Below, piece by piece: positions 19,228 to 29,500 of a stretch of 64,000 nt of DNA. The first letter of the stretch is position 1; each line of letters starts with the position of its first letter. A program made the translations under genes and the position numbers. Origin of the DNA: a virus; IMG/VR virus record IMGVR_UViG_2915168811_000001; one strand, given 5' to 3'. The notes beneath the pieces were generated by a model, which was given only the letters and a program-made list of their open reading frames with translations, did no database searches and was not told where the DNA came from.

Positions 19228-19239
19228 CCGCGCATCACC
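19228..19239 (+). promoter_or_regulatory. Class I box variant CCGCGCATCACC
   Basis: 14 nt after the umuC stop; weak hairpin, SD GGAAGGA. Confidence 0.7.
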
Positions 19240-19278
19240 GTGGATGAGCTTCGACAACCGACGCCCGGAAGGACCACC

Positions 19279-19599
19279 GTGCACCAGATCAACTCCCCCA
19301 CCAGCGCCACCGAAATGCCTCTGCCCCGCGTAGTCATCGGCGGGGTGCTCCGCGACGTCCGCCTGCAGAAACAGCTCACCCTGCGCACCGTGGCGGAGGC
19401 GGCGCCCGCCGCGCTCGGATACGTCTCCGAAGTGGAGCGCGGCATCAAGGAGCCGTCCAGCGAAGTGCTCGGCGGAATCGTTGCCGCCCTCGGTATCCCC
19501 CTGTCAGAGCTGTTTCGCGAGGTCAGCTTCCGGATGCAGGTGTCCGAGCAGCTCTCCGTTGCTCCGATCCCCGTGGACAGCGTTCGTCAGCACAGCTGA
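19279..19599 (+). CDS. ClgR-like XRE transcription regulator
   Basis: GGVLRDVR..KQLTLR...LGYVSEVERGIKEPSSEVL. Confidence 0.8.
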   Translation: MHQINSPTSATEMPLPRVVIGGVLRDVRLQKQLTLRTVAEAAPAALGYVSEVERGIKEPSSEVLGGIVAALGIPLSELFREVSFRMQVSEQLSVAPIPVDSVRQHS

Positions 19600-19682
19600 A
19601 GAGTGATTCACGATTCCAGTGTGTTCGATGCCTGATACTGGTCGTGAGGAGCGGGAGCGGGTCCCGTCCAGCAGGGGCATCA

Positions 19683-19949
19683 ATGAGATCTGTATCTGAA
19701 GCCGAGTTCGCGGCGATCGTCGAGAGAGTTCTCGACAGCAGCCATCGCTACATACAGGCTGCTGTCTCCGGCCACTCCGTCATGCTCACCTTCACGTCGA
19801 ACTCGAGACGGATCGATCAGAGGGTGAACATCGACTTCGACCTCGCCGGCGGCAACCCTGTCATCCATCAGAACTTTCATGGCTCGAACCAGCCATTGTT
19901 CTTCGCGAGAAAGGTCCGCGACGGAATCGTGGAGGCCCTCGCGCGATGA
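19683..19949 (+). CDS. Hypothetical protein
   Basis: SD AGGGG. Confidence 0.5.
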   Translation: MRSVSEAEFAAIVERVLDSSHRYIQAAVSGHSVMLTFTSNSRRIDQRVNIDFDLAGGNPVIHQNFHGSNQPLFFARKVRDGIVEALAR

Positions 19950-19961
19950 CCGCGCATCACT
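19950..19961 (+). promoter_or_regulatory. Class I box + hairpin
   Basis: Directly after a TGA; CCGCA-CGG-TGCGG. Confidence 0.75.
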
Positions 19962-20001
19962 AGGGTGAAGATCCGCACGGTGCGGCTCTCGGAAGGGCAT
20001 C

Positions 20002-20907
20002 ATGTCGGTCATCACCCCCAGCATCCACGCGCAGCTCAGCCAGCTCATCGGGGCCGAACTCACTGAGGCGGCAGCGCTTGACGCTTTCAACCGCATCACC
20101 CTCTCGCTATCCGCCGAACCCGGCGGCGATTCGATCATTGCCGCCGACGAGACGGCAGCCGACGCGGTCGCAGCGGTGGAAGGTGTCAGTAGTGCCGATG
20201 CCGTTGCAGCCCGTAATCGCCGCACAATCGGTGTGATCGCGGAGGCTGTGAAGCTCGGCCACATGCTGCTTACTCCGACCAATCCCGCCTGGCCCGCACG
20301 CCTGAACGACCTCGGCGCCCGCCGACCTGTGCTGCTTTGGGCGCGCGGAAACCTCGCAGTGCTCAGCGGAGACTCCGTCTGCCTGACCGGGGCTCGAGCC
20401 TCGTCGGCGTACGGCGAGCAGATGGCCGCTCACCTGACTGCTGGCCTCGCCGGTGTGACTCTGATGAACGGCGGTGCGTACGGCATCGACGCCGCTACGC
20501 TGCGAGTCGCTCTGCGGAACGATCTTCCGACTGTGGTTGTCCAAGCATCCGGTATTGACCGCGTCTACCCTGCGGCGCACAGCGAACTCAACGACCGGGT
20601 CGCCACCAATGGCCTGATCGTGACGGAGTACGCCCCCGGCACCGCCCCGACCCGCTGGCGCTTCCTTCGTCGGAACGTCGTGATCGCCGCCCTCGCGTCT
20701 GCGACCGTCATCATCGAAGCTGGCGCCCGCTCCGGCAGCCTGTCCGTCGCCGGAAACGCCCTCGAGCTCGGTCGGCCGGTCGGCGCAGTCCCTCATTCTG
20801 CGCTCTCGAGCACAGGCGAAGGTCCGCACCGTCTGATCCGTGAACACGGTGCTGCTCTCGTCACCAGCAGCGCCGACATCATGTCGCTTGCAAAGGACGG
20901 AGCATGA
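20002..20907 (+). CDS. dprA: DprA/Smf DNA-processing protein
   Basis: LWARGN, GARASSAYG, GGAYGIDA, RFLRRN, EAGARSGSL. Confidence 0.9.
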   Translation: MSVITPSIHAQLSQLIGAELTEAAALDAFNRITLSLSAEPGGDSIIAADETAADAVAAVEGVSSADAVAARNRRTIGVIAEAVKLGHMLLTPTNPAWPARLNDLGARRPVLLWARGNLAVLSGDSVCLTGARASSAYGEQMAAHLTAGLAGVTLMNGGAYGIDAATLRVALRNDLPTVVVQASGIDRVYPAAHSELNDRVATNGLIVTEYAPGTAPTRWRFLRRNVVIAALASATVIIEAGARSGSLSVAGNALELGRPVGAVPHSALSSTGEGPHRLIREHGAALVTSSADIMSLAKDGA

Positions 20908-20953
20908 CCGCGCCGAAGTACAGCCGAGTCGTGGGCGCGAGGCGTGTGAAGTC

Positions 20954-21715
20954 GTGACCATTCACATCGTCGAGCTGCCGCGGCTTGTGCACGCAGGGAT
21001 GGTTCCTCATCTCTGCTCGGGACTGCCACAGCATCTCAATGGAGGGCAGGTGGAGCTGCGCTGCCGAGCGTTAGCTGACGGGGACCCGGACCCCGTCGCT
21101 CGAGCGGCGGTCGAGGAGATTGTTGTCCGCCGGCACGGCTCCATCCTGGTGCGGGGCGCATCCGAACAGTTCATCGCTGCGCTGACGGTCGCCGCCAATA
21201 TCGCAAAAACGGAAAGTGGGGACGGTGCCGCGTACGTCCTAGTGCCACAGGATCCCGAAGATATGGTGTTCCGTCATGGTGGCGTAACCGTCACATTGGG
21301 CGACCTGATCGCTCATCTGGAGCGGATCCCTGAAAGCCGCTGGCGGACAGGAACTGTTCGATCTGAAGACGGGCGAACGAACTGCTTCTTCGGCCATCTG
21401 CATCACTACGGAGTGTTCATGTCTAGCTACGCCGCCACCCTCCCCGAGGCGACGGCGAAGTGTTCAGGCGAGGAAGTGTTCGCCTCCCGGCTGTGGGACT
21501 GGTTCGAATCCACCTGGGCGACGACGTACCGGATCTACCCGGTCAACGACGGCGAATCCCTCAAATACCCGCAACCGAACCCGAAATCGCGCGTGCTCGC
21601 ATTCCTGGCCGCGCTCCGCTCCGGCGCCGAGCCAAACACCACGCGGTCGCTGGATGCCGAATACTTGCATGGCGAGCATGTTGCCTGCTGCTCCCCAGAA
21701 CGGATGACCTCATGA
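20954..21715 (+). CDS. Hypothetical protein
   Basis: Co-directional; stop overlaps the next start. Confidence 0.55.
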   Translation: MTIHIVELPRLVHAGMVPHLCSGLPQHLNGGQVELRCRALADGDPDPVARAAVEEIVVRRHGSILVRGASEQFIAALTVAANIAKTESGDGAAYVLVPQDPEDMVFRHGGVTVTLGDLIAHLERIPESRWRTGTVRSEDGRTNCFFGHLHHYGVFMSSYAATLPEATAKCSGEEVFASRLWDWFESTWATTYRIYPVNDGESLKYPQPNPKSRVLAFLAALRSGAEPNTTRSLDAEYLHGEHVACCSPERMTS

Positions 21716-22539
21716 TCGAACGCACCACCCTCGAGCCCCGCTACTTCGAACGCATGGCTCGCTCCATCGGAGACAAAGTCCGCCTGCTCGAATGGGTGCT
21801 CCCCGGCCGCGTGGCCGACATCGGTGCAGGCGGTGGAGATCTCTCCCTCGCGCTCGGCGGCCTGGATGACGTGCACACAGTGTTCGCGCTGGACGACTCC
21901 GATGACGCGCTCGAACTGCTTACCGATGTGCCCGGCGTGACCGCGGTGCGCGGCTCATTCGGAGAAGCGCTCGAAGCATTGCCCGGAGGCCAGGTCGACA
22001 CGATCGTCTGCTCCAGCGTGATGCACGAGGTGTATTCCTATGGCGGCGGCTGGGCAGCTATCGACCTGGCACTCGAATCCGCCTGGGCGGCGCTGCGACC
22101 CGGCGGACGGCTCGTCATTCGAGACGGTGTCATGCCGGAGGCGCAAGGATGTCCGGTGAGAATGTGGACGCCCGACAATGACCTCGCCCGCGAGTACGCC
22201 GCCCTCACACCGCATCCTGAATTGCAGATCATCGAGGATGCCGACGGATGGTGGGTAGGGAGCGCGCATGCCATCGCCGAGGCACTGCTCACCCTCACCT
22301 GGGGCCGCGGCTCCCTCGCGCGCGAAGCGCAGGAGCGATACCAGCTCGCCACGGAGAGCGAATACCGGCTCATGGTCGAACCGCACGGCTTCACCCAGAT
22401 CCACTCCGAGTCGTACACGCTCCCTGGCTACCGCGACCACCTGCGGCAATACCGGGTCGAGAGTGCGCAGGATCCAAACTGGTTCCCACTGACCAATGCC
22501 GTCTGGGTGTTTGAGAAGGTCGACCGCGCATCACTCTGA
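21712..22539 (+). CDS. Class I SAM-dependent methyltransferase
   Basis: ADIGAGGG, CSSVMHE, LRPGGRLVIRD. Confidence 0.85.
   Translation: MIERTTLEPRYFERMARSIGDKVRLLEWVLPGRVADIGAGGGDLSLALGGLDDVHTVFALDDSDDALELLTDVPGVTAVRGSFGEALEALPGGQVDTIVCSSVMHEVYSYGGGWAAIDLALESAWAALRPGGRLVIRDGVMPEAQGCPVRMWTPDNDLAREYAALTPHPELQIIEDADGWWVGSAHAIAEALLTLTWGRGSLAREAQERYQLATESEYRLMVEPHGFTQIHSESYTLPGYRDHLRQYRVESAQDPNWFPLTNAVWVFEKVDRASL
22524..22535 (+). promoter_or_regulatory. Class I box + hairpin
   Basis: Inside RASL* of the upstream gene; CGCA-GGT-TGCG. Confidence 0.75.
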
Positions 22540-22573
22540 CGTAGGGCGCAGGTTGCGGCCGCGAAGGAGAGTC

Positions 22574-23062
22574 ATGGACGCCCCTCATCAGCAACAGCTC
22601 GAGCCAGCTCGCGTCCGTGAAGCAGTCATCGTCGACGTCGACGGGACCCTTTGCGATGTCAGCAGCATTCGCCACTACATCGCCGAGGGGCTGCTGAATC
22701 GTGACTTCACGTCCTTCCATGGAGCCTCACGACTCTGTCCGCCCATTCAGGCCACGTTCGCTTGGGTCGACAAACACCGTGCCGCCGGCCGCACGGTCAT
22801 CGTTGTCACTGCCCGAGCTCAGCGCTGGGAGTTCTTAACGAGGCAGTGGCTTCGCAAATGGGAGTTCCAGCACGACTGGCTGTTCATGCGCGGAGATCGC
22901 GACGAGCGCCGCGACGATTTCGTGAAGGCTGACATTCTCGCCCGCATCCGCGCTGCCGGCTACACCGTCGTCGCCGCGATCGACGACAACCCCACCGTCA
23001 TCGCACTGTGGGAGCGAGAGCAGATCCCTGTCACCGTTGTGCCCGGGTGGTGGGAAGCGTGA
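22574..23062 (+). CDS. Polynucleotide-kinase-type 3'-phosphatase (HAD, like the PseT C-terminal domain)
   Basis: VDVDGTL, VTAR, LFMR..D.R.D..VK, IDD. Confidence 0.85.
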   Translation: MDAPHQQQLEPARVREAVIVDVDGTLCDVSSIRHYIAEGLLNRDFTSFHGASRLCPPIQATFAWVDKHRAAGRTVIVVTARAQRWEFLTRQWLRKWEFQHDWLFMRGDRDERRDDFVKADILARIRAAGYTVVAAIDDNPTVIALWEREQIPVTVVPGWWEA

Positions 23063-23079
23063 ACACCAAGCGCGGAGTT

Positions 23080-24171
23080 ATGAGCCTCGAAACCCTCGAG
23101 CGCAGCCTCCACTTCCTCGACCTCACCGGCATCACCGACCCCGGGCAGGTCGAAATCCGCCGTCTGTACCTGCAGATCGCGAACGGATCCGTACCGGCCG
23201 GACCAGTCCTTGCGGGGCTCGAAACCGTCGCTGGCGGGGAGCTCGCTGTGGGGACCCTGCCGATCCGCACCGACCCGCGCACCCTCGTACACCGGTTCGA
23301 CTGGCAATGGTGGAGCAACTGCGCCGCGCTCGAAAGATTCGTCGCGGAGCATGGGCGGCTCCCAAGCACAGTGTCCGCCGACCCTGAAGAGAAGCGGCTG
23401 GGCTTTTGGGTGCAGACCCAGAGGAATTCAATAGCCGGGAGGGGTACGCCGTTGATCGCAGACCAGGTCGCCCGGCTCGTACTCGTTCCTGGGTTCGTTG
23501 TAGACCGTGCGCCGACATGGGGTGATCGCTTCGCGGCGCTCGAAAGGTTCGTCGCGGTGCACGGGCGGACCCCAAGCAAGGTGTCAGCTGACCCGGAGGA
23601 GAAGCGGCTGGGCGTCTGGGCGAACAAACAGAGGAGTTCAATCGCCGGCAGGGGTACGCCGTTGACCGCGGAGCAGGTCGCCCGGCTTGTGCTCATCCCC
23701 GGGTTCGTTACGGACCGCGCACCGACATGGGGTGAAAGCTGCGCAGCTGTCGAGTTGTTTGTCGCGGAGCACGGCCGGGTCCCAAGTACGGTGTCTACGG
23801 ACCCGGAAGTAAGACGGCTGGGCGGCTGGGTGCAGACTCAGAAAAGCAGGATCGCGGGCAGAGGGGCAGCGCTGAGCCCGGATCAGGTCGCCAGGCTCGA
23901 GCTCATTCCTGGTTTCGCTACAGACCGTGCTCTGATATGGCTCGAAAGCATCGCCGCGGTCGAGACGTTCGTTACTGCACAAGGTCGGCTCCCGCAGCAG
24001 AAGGCCACTGGTCCGGAAGAGAAGCGGCTGGGCGGCTGGGTGGACAACCAGAAAAGGTCAATCGCAGGCAGAGGTGGGACGTTGACCGCAGATCAGGTCG
24101 CCCGGCTCGTACTCATCCCTGGGTTCGTTACGCCAGTTGTCCGCCGCCACTTGGACGGCAAGCAGGGGTGA
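23080..24171 (+). CDS. Helicase-associated (HA) repeat protein
   Basis: Four 70-aa repeats W....AALERFVAEHGR.P......EKRLG.WV..Q. Confidence 0.85.
   Translation: MSLETLERSLHFLDLTGITDPGQVEIRRLYLQIANGSVPAGPVLAGLETVAGGELAVGTLPIRTDPRTLVHRFDWQWWSNCAALERFVAEHGRLPSTVSADPEEKRLGFWVQTQRNSIAGRGTPLIADQVARLVLVPGFVVDRAPTWGDRFAALERFVAVHGRTPSKVSADPEEKRLGVWANKQRSSIAGRGTPLTAEQVARLVLIPGFVTDRAPTWGESCAAVELFVAEHGRVPSTVSTDPEVRRLGGWVQTQKSRIAGRGAALSPDQVARLELIPGFATDRALIWLESIAAVETFVTAQGRLPQQKATGPEEKRLGGWVDNQKRSIAGRGGTLTADQVARLVLIPGFVTPVVRRHLDGKQG
23308..24132 (+). repeat. Four 210-bp coding direct repeats
   Basis: Units start at 23308, 23518, 23728 and 23938. Confidence 0.9.
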
Positions 24172-24186
24172 CCGCGCGCCGCCGCG

Positions 24187-24198
24187 CCGCGCATCACT
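24187..24198 (+). promoter_or_regulatory. Class I box + hairpin
   Basis: GGCTGCA-TGG-TGCAGCC. Confidence 0.75.
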
Positions 24199-24241
24199 CT
24201 GGGTGAGGCTGCATGGTGCAGCCAGACTTGGAGTGCTCTGC

Positions 24242-26512
24242 ATGACCGTCACTGCTTTGGCCGCGCCGCCCGCCCTTGGCACTAAGTTCGCTTTGCGCCG
24301 CGATCAGCAGGACGCTGTTGCTGCGCTGTATAACCATTTCGTGGCGAAGGACCGTAAGTTCGGCCGGTACATTTCGGCGTGCGGGACCGGGAAAACTGTG
24401 GTGATGGCGAGGCTGCCTGAGGTGCTGAAAGCGAGCACCGTCGTGGTGTTGGTGCCGAGTTTGAACCTGGTCACGCAGACTTGGGATGCGTTCGCGCGGC
24501 AGCTTGGCGTTGACGGGTTTCAGGGGTTCATCGTCTGCAGTGACGATCAGCGTTCGCGCGCGAAAGCGACGGACTCCGACTCGGTCGATGATGAGGACCG
24601 GATCACCACGAAAGTTCAAGCGAACGTAACGGAAGATGAGCTGGCTGCGAAGTTCCACGGGCAGGTACTTCGGGATCCCGCCACGATCGGTCATGCCCTC
24701 GACACGATGACGAACCGCACCATTGTGTTCTCCACGTACCAGTCCGTGCATCTGCTGCGCGACGGCCTACGTGCCTCCCGATCCGGTGAGGTGGATCTGC
24801 TGATGTGCGATGAAGCCCACTTCCTGGTGCAGTCCAAGCCTGAGAAGGTGAAGGATCGCCAGCATCCCGCCAATATCGTGCTGAAGCAGCTGCCCGCGAA
24901 ACGGAAGCTGTTCGCGACCGCGACGCCTCGCACAGTGGAGGGGTCCGGCGTGTTCTCCATGGATGACACTGAGCTGTTCGGAAAAGTCGCGCATGAATAC
25001 AGCTACCCGGAGGCGGTCAAGGACGGCGTCGTTGCTGAGTTCGACATCGTTGTCTGCCAGGTGGATCGTGAGCAGGACCTCACCCGGTTCACGTCGGAGC
25101 TGAGGGACCGGTTCGGGCTCGGAGGCCCTGTTGGCCTCGGTTACGACATCTCCCACGACAAAGTCCGCAGCATCGTGATCTCCCACACCCTGTCGAACAT
25201 GATCAAAGACGGCCGGGTTTCTCGGGCGCTCACCTACTCGTCCAGTATTCCCAGGCTGAAACAGAACGCCGCGGACCTGAACCGTTTCCTCGGTCCGGGC
25301 TGCGCGGTGCCGCTGTCCTCCCAGTCGAGCACGAAGCAGCGCATCGAAGGGGTGCGCAAGCTGGATGCAGGCGAAATCAACGTCATCACGAACTGCGGGC
25401 TGTTCGGCGAAGGGCATGACACCCCGGCTCTGGACGCGGTCGCGTTCGTGGACCCCCGCCAGTCCGTCACCCAGATCGTCCAGGCCATCGGTCGCGCCTG
25501 CCGCATACCGTACGGCCAGTCCGGGAAACGCGCCATCGTGCTCGTGCCGGTGGATGACTTCGACTACGACCAGCAGGGACGACTTCAAGTGGACATCCAC
25601 GGCCGCGCGACTGTAGATACCGCCGCAGTCAGGAAGGCACAGAACGGGCAGTTCGCCCTGCTCGAAACCGTGCTCGCCGCCATGTCATCGCCGGGCCTGC
25701 GCCTCGTTGACGCTGCGGAAGGTATCCGCGGGGAGCTTGCAGGTCGCGGGCGCCGCAGCGGCCAGACGCCTGAGGCGGTCCGGCCGCTGCGTGGAATGCC
25801 GGGCAAAGAGCACAAACCGGGCGTCGGCATTAGCCCGGCCGAGCTTGAAGTCATGCTGAATGAAACCCCTGCGGAGGCCCCATCTGTGGGTGCTGACGCG
25901 GAAGTGAACTTGATCGTCGACCGTCCGTTTACGGACCGCAGTGACGCTTTCGACACGTCCGGGCTGACGGCGAAAGATGAGTTGATCGCAGCGTTTGTGC
26001 GGGAAAGTGCAGTGAACCCGCTGATGATCGCAGACCACCGGGGATACCTCAGTGCAACCGTCGACCACGCCATCCGCGACGCCGAAACCGGGGAGCGCGT
26101 CATCACGGACTATCGACCTGATGTGAAACTCTGGCGCACGTACCAGCTGATCCGCACTCGCGCTGGTCGTGCGACACTGCTGAAGCACCTCCCTTCCAGC
26201 CGCACAATTGAAGGTGACGTGGACGGGAAGCCGATGTTCCTTGACCTGGACCGGGACGCTTTGCGTGACATCACCGGTCGGTCCCATGAGCTTCGCTTAC
26301 AGGTCGCGGCGATCAGCGCTGCGATCCCGTCCGCGAACCTCATTCAGCTTGGTGTCAAAGCTGCGTGCTCCGAAGCGCGTCTGATCGGTGGCCCGAACCT
26401 GAACGCTCAAACCCGGAAGCATCGCAACGGCGAGCAGTCCCAAGTGTTCGAGCGCGCGTTCCGTTACGCCGGGTGGGAGCCGGGAAAGGATTGGACCGAA
26501 CTGACCCCGTGA
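24242..26512 (+). CDS. SF2 DEAH-box helicase (ResIII/TtrA-like)
   Basis: ACGTGKT, CDEAH, TATPR, QAIGRACR. Confidence 0.9.
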   Translation: MTVTALAAPPALGTKFALRRDQQDAVAALYNHFVAKDRKFGRYISACGTGKTVVMARLPEVLKASTVVVLVPSLNLVTQTWDAFARQLGVDGFQGFIVCSDDQRSRAKATDSDSVDDEDRITTKVQANVTEDELAAKFHGQVLRDPATIGHALDTMTNRTIVFSTYQSVHLLRDGLRASRSGEVDLLMCDEAHFLVQSKPEKVKDRQHPANIVLKQLPAKRKLFATATPRTVEGSGVFSMDDTELFGKVAHEYSYPEAVKDGVVAEFDIVVCQVDREQDLTRFTSELRDRFGLGGPVGLGYDISHDKVRSIVISHTLSNMIKDGRVSRALTYSSSIPRLKQNAADLNRFLGPGCAVPLSSQSSTKQRIEGVRKLDAGEINVITNCGLFGEGHDTPALDAVAFVDPRQSVTQIVQAIGRACRIPYGQSGKRAIVLVPVDDFDYDQQGRLQVDIHGRATVDTAAVRKAQNGQFALLETVLAAMSSPGLRLVDAAEGIRGELAGRGRRSGQTPEAVRPLRGMPGKEHKPGVGISPAELEVMLNETPAEAPSVGADAEVNLIVDRPFTDRSDAFDTSGLTAKDELIAAFVRESAVNPLMIADHRGYLSATVDHAIRDAETGERVITDYRPDVKLWRTYQLIRTRAGRATLLKHLPSSRTIEGDVDGKPMFLDLDRDALRDITGRSHELRLQVAAISAAIPSANLIQLGVKAACSEARLIGGPNLNAQTRKHRNGEQSQVFERAFRYAGWEPGKDWTELTP

Positions 26513-26519
26513 GTCCGCA

Positions 26520-26531
26520 CCGCGCATCACT
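26520..26531 (+). promoter_or_regulatory. Class I box + hairpin
   Basis: GGCCGAA-GCT-TTCGGCC. Confidence 0.75.
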
Positions 26532-26574
26532 CCTGATGTAGGCCGAAGCTTTCGGCCGGAATCAGGAGCCAGTC

Positions 26575-29500
26575 TTGTCGATCCCTCGTGCCGCTCAGCA
26601 GGCAATTTCAGCTTTGGAAGCGCTCGCGTCCATCCCGGCGGGAGGCGAAGCTGATTCTGTTCAGCGGGAGGTGCTTTCGGCTTGGACTGGTTGGGGTCCG
26701 CTCGCACCGGCGCTGGGTGTTCTCGTGGATGAGCGGTGGCAGGACACCGCCGATCGGCTCGAAGCGCTGCTGTCGCCGGAGGCGTTCACCTGGGCGCAGG
26801 ACGTGTGCGACACAAGCTACTTCACTCCCACGGTCGTCGGCGAGGCGGTGTTCGATCTGCTGCGCCGTTCCGGCTTCACGGGCGGCCGCGTGCTCGAACC
26901 CGGCGTCGGGTCCGGCGCGCTCATCACCGCAGCTCCTGCGGACTGGGCGATCGACTGGACCGGCATTGACGCTGACCCGACCGCGGCGCGGATCGCGCAG
27001 CTGCTGCACCCGGACGCCACGATCATCGCGAAGCCGCTGCAGGACCAGCAGTTCCCGTCAGGCTCATTCGACGCGGTGATCGGAAACGTGCCGTTCTCGA
27101 AATCAGGCGTGTACGACCCGAACTTCAGTGTGCACAAGCGCCCTTCACTGCACACCTACTTCACGGTGCGCGCACTCGACGCCGTCAAGCCCGGCGGATA
27201 CCTCGTGCTGATCACGAGCCGCTACTTCCTCGACTCCATCGACGACATTGCAGACACCGTGTTCGGCGGTCTCGCCGACCTGATGGCTGCGGTGAGGCTC
27301 CCATCCGGCGCGTTCGACGGCACTGAAGTGGTCGCCGATATTCTCGTGCTGCGCCGCCGGGAGGATCCGCGAATTTCAGGCGGCGTCCTCCCGATGGAGA
27401 TGGTCCAGCGGAGCGTCCGATCGTACGCGCGGTACGGCGACACTTCTACCACCGAAATGCTGGTGCAGCGGCGATCCGAGGTGCCGCACGAAGTGCGTGA
27501 ATTCAGCGTCACCGTGTCATCGCTCTGGGAGGATCACCCCGCGTTGATTGCAGGGCGCATGGAACCCACCGGCTACCTTCCGGCGCCGCTGAAAGTGCGG
27601 ACTGATGATGTGGCAGGGTCGATCCGCGCCGCAGTGCATGCGGCGAAGGCGCTGTACTCCCCTGAGGACCAGCGACCCGTCGACTCACTTCCGGGGCTTC
27701 CCGAGATCGCACTGTGCGACGCGGAGGGCCGCAAGGAGGGGTCCTTCCACCTGATCGACGACGTCGTGCACCAGGTGGTCGGCGGTTCACTGCGAGCGAC
27801 GACGAAAGCCTCCAAGGAGCTCCGAGCGCTGATCGCTCTGCGCGACGCTGCCGTGGCGCTGATTGAGCTTGAATCAGACACCGCTCTTGCCGACGCGAAG
27901 ATCGCTCCGCAGCGCGCCGCCACGCTTGCGCTGTACGAAGCGTACGTCAGCTCGTTCGGGGCGATCGGCCGAGGCAACCTCACCGAGGGGAAGCCGGACC
28001 CGGACACCGGAGCCCCGTCGTACACCTGGCGTCGCCCGTTGATGGGCGGGTTCCGGAAGGATCCCGACTACCTCACCGTGCTCGCCATTGAGCATTTCGA
28101 TCAGGACACCGGCGAGGCTTGCCCCGCGCCGATCCTGCTGCGCCGCGTGAACTTCGCCCCCGTCCCCGTCACGAGCACGGACAGCCCTGCTGAGGCGGTC
28201 CACCTTGCAACGGACCGCTCAGGGGTGGTCGACATCGATCACGTCGCCTCCCTGCTCGGTACCGACATTCCGGGCGCCGAAGAAGCCACCGCCGGTCTGG
28301 TGTTCACAGATCCAGTGCGGCAGGAGCTCGTCACCGCGGGCGAATATCTGTCAGGGAATGTCCGGGTGAAGCTCGCGGCGGCGGAGGCCGCTGGCGCGGA
28401 CGCCAACATGGAGGCGTTGCGCGCAGTCCTTCCCGCACAGCTGGGCCCGCTCGACATTCGTCCGCAGCTCGGCGCACCCTGGATCAGCGCTGACATCATC
28501 CGCACCTTCATCGGCGACGTACTGAAGATGAACCCTTCCGTGAGCTACATTCCGGAGCTCGCTGTTTGGGAGGTCGGGAAGTCCTACGGCGGCGACCTGC
28601 AGTCCCGCACCGAGTTCGGCACACCGGACATCGAGCCTGTGAAGCTGCTGGAGCTCGCGCTGAACGGCGCAGTCCCGGTTCTGTCGGACGAAGTGTTCGT
28701 GGACGGGCGATGGAAGAAGGTGAAGAACTCCACGAAATCCCTCGCCGCAGAGCAGAAGCAGCTCGCGATCCAGCAGCGCTTCGAGGTCTGGCTGTGGGAG
28801 GAAAAAGACCGAGCCGATCAGGTGTGCAACGAGTTCAACCGCCGTTTCCGCTCGCACCGCCCGCGCCGCGGCGACGGCCAGCACCTCAGCTTCCCGGGAC
28901 TCAGCACCTCAATTGAACTGTGGCCGCACCAGAAAGATGCTGTGCAGCGGATCATCACCGACCAGCGCACCATCCTCCATCACCCGGTCGGCGCCGGCAA
29001 GACGCTCGAAGCTATCGTCGGCGCGGTGAAGCTCAAGCAGCTCGGCCTCGCTCAGAAGCCGCTCATTACCGTCCCGAACCACCTGCTCGAGCAGATCGCA
29101 CGCGAAGCACGTACCGCCTACCCGACGGGCCGTTTCCTGATCGCCGGACGTGACGAGGTCACGAAGGAGAACAAGCGCCTGTTCGCGGCCCGCTGCGCCA
29201 CGGGCGACTGGGACGCCGTCATCATGACGCACACCGCCTTCGCCTCCATCCCCGTCAGCGCGGAGCTTGAAAGCCGCTGGGTTGAGGAACGGAAAGCCGA
29301 ACTGCGCGACGCCATGTCGAGCATCGAGCAGTACTCGAAAGGGCAGAAGAAGGTCGCGGCCGCCGTGCGCCGCCTGGAATCCCAGCTGATGGAACTGCGC
29401 GACGACGCCCGCCGGGACGAGCACACCATCACGTTCGAACAGCTCGGCGTTGACCATGTCAGCGTGGATGAATTCCACATGTTCCGCCGACTGATGGTCA

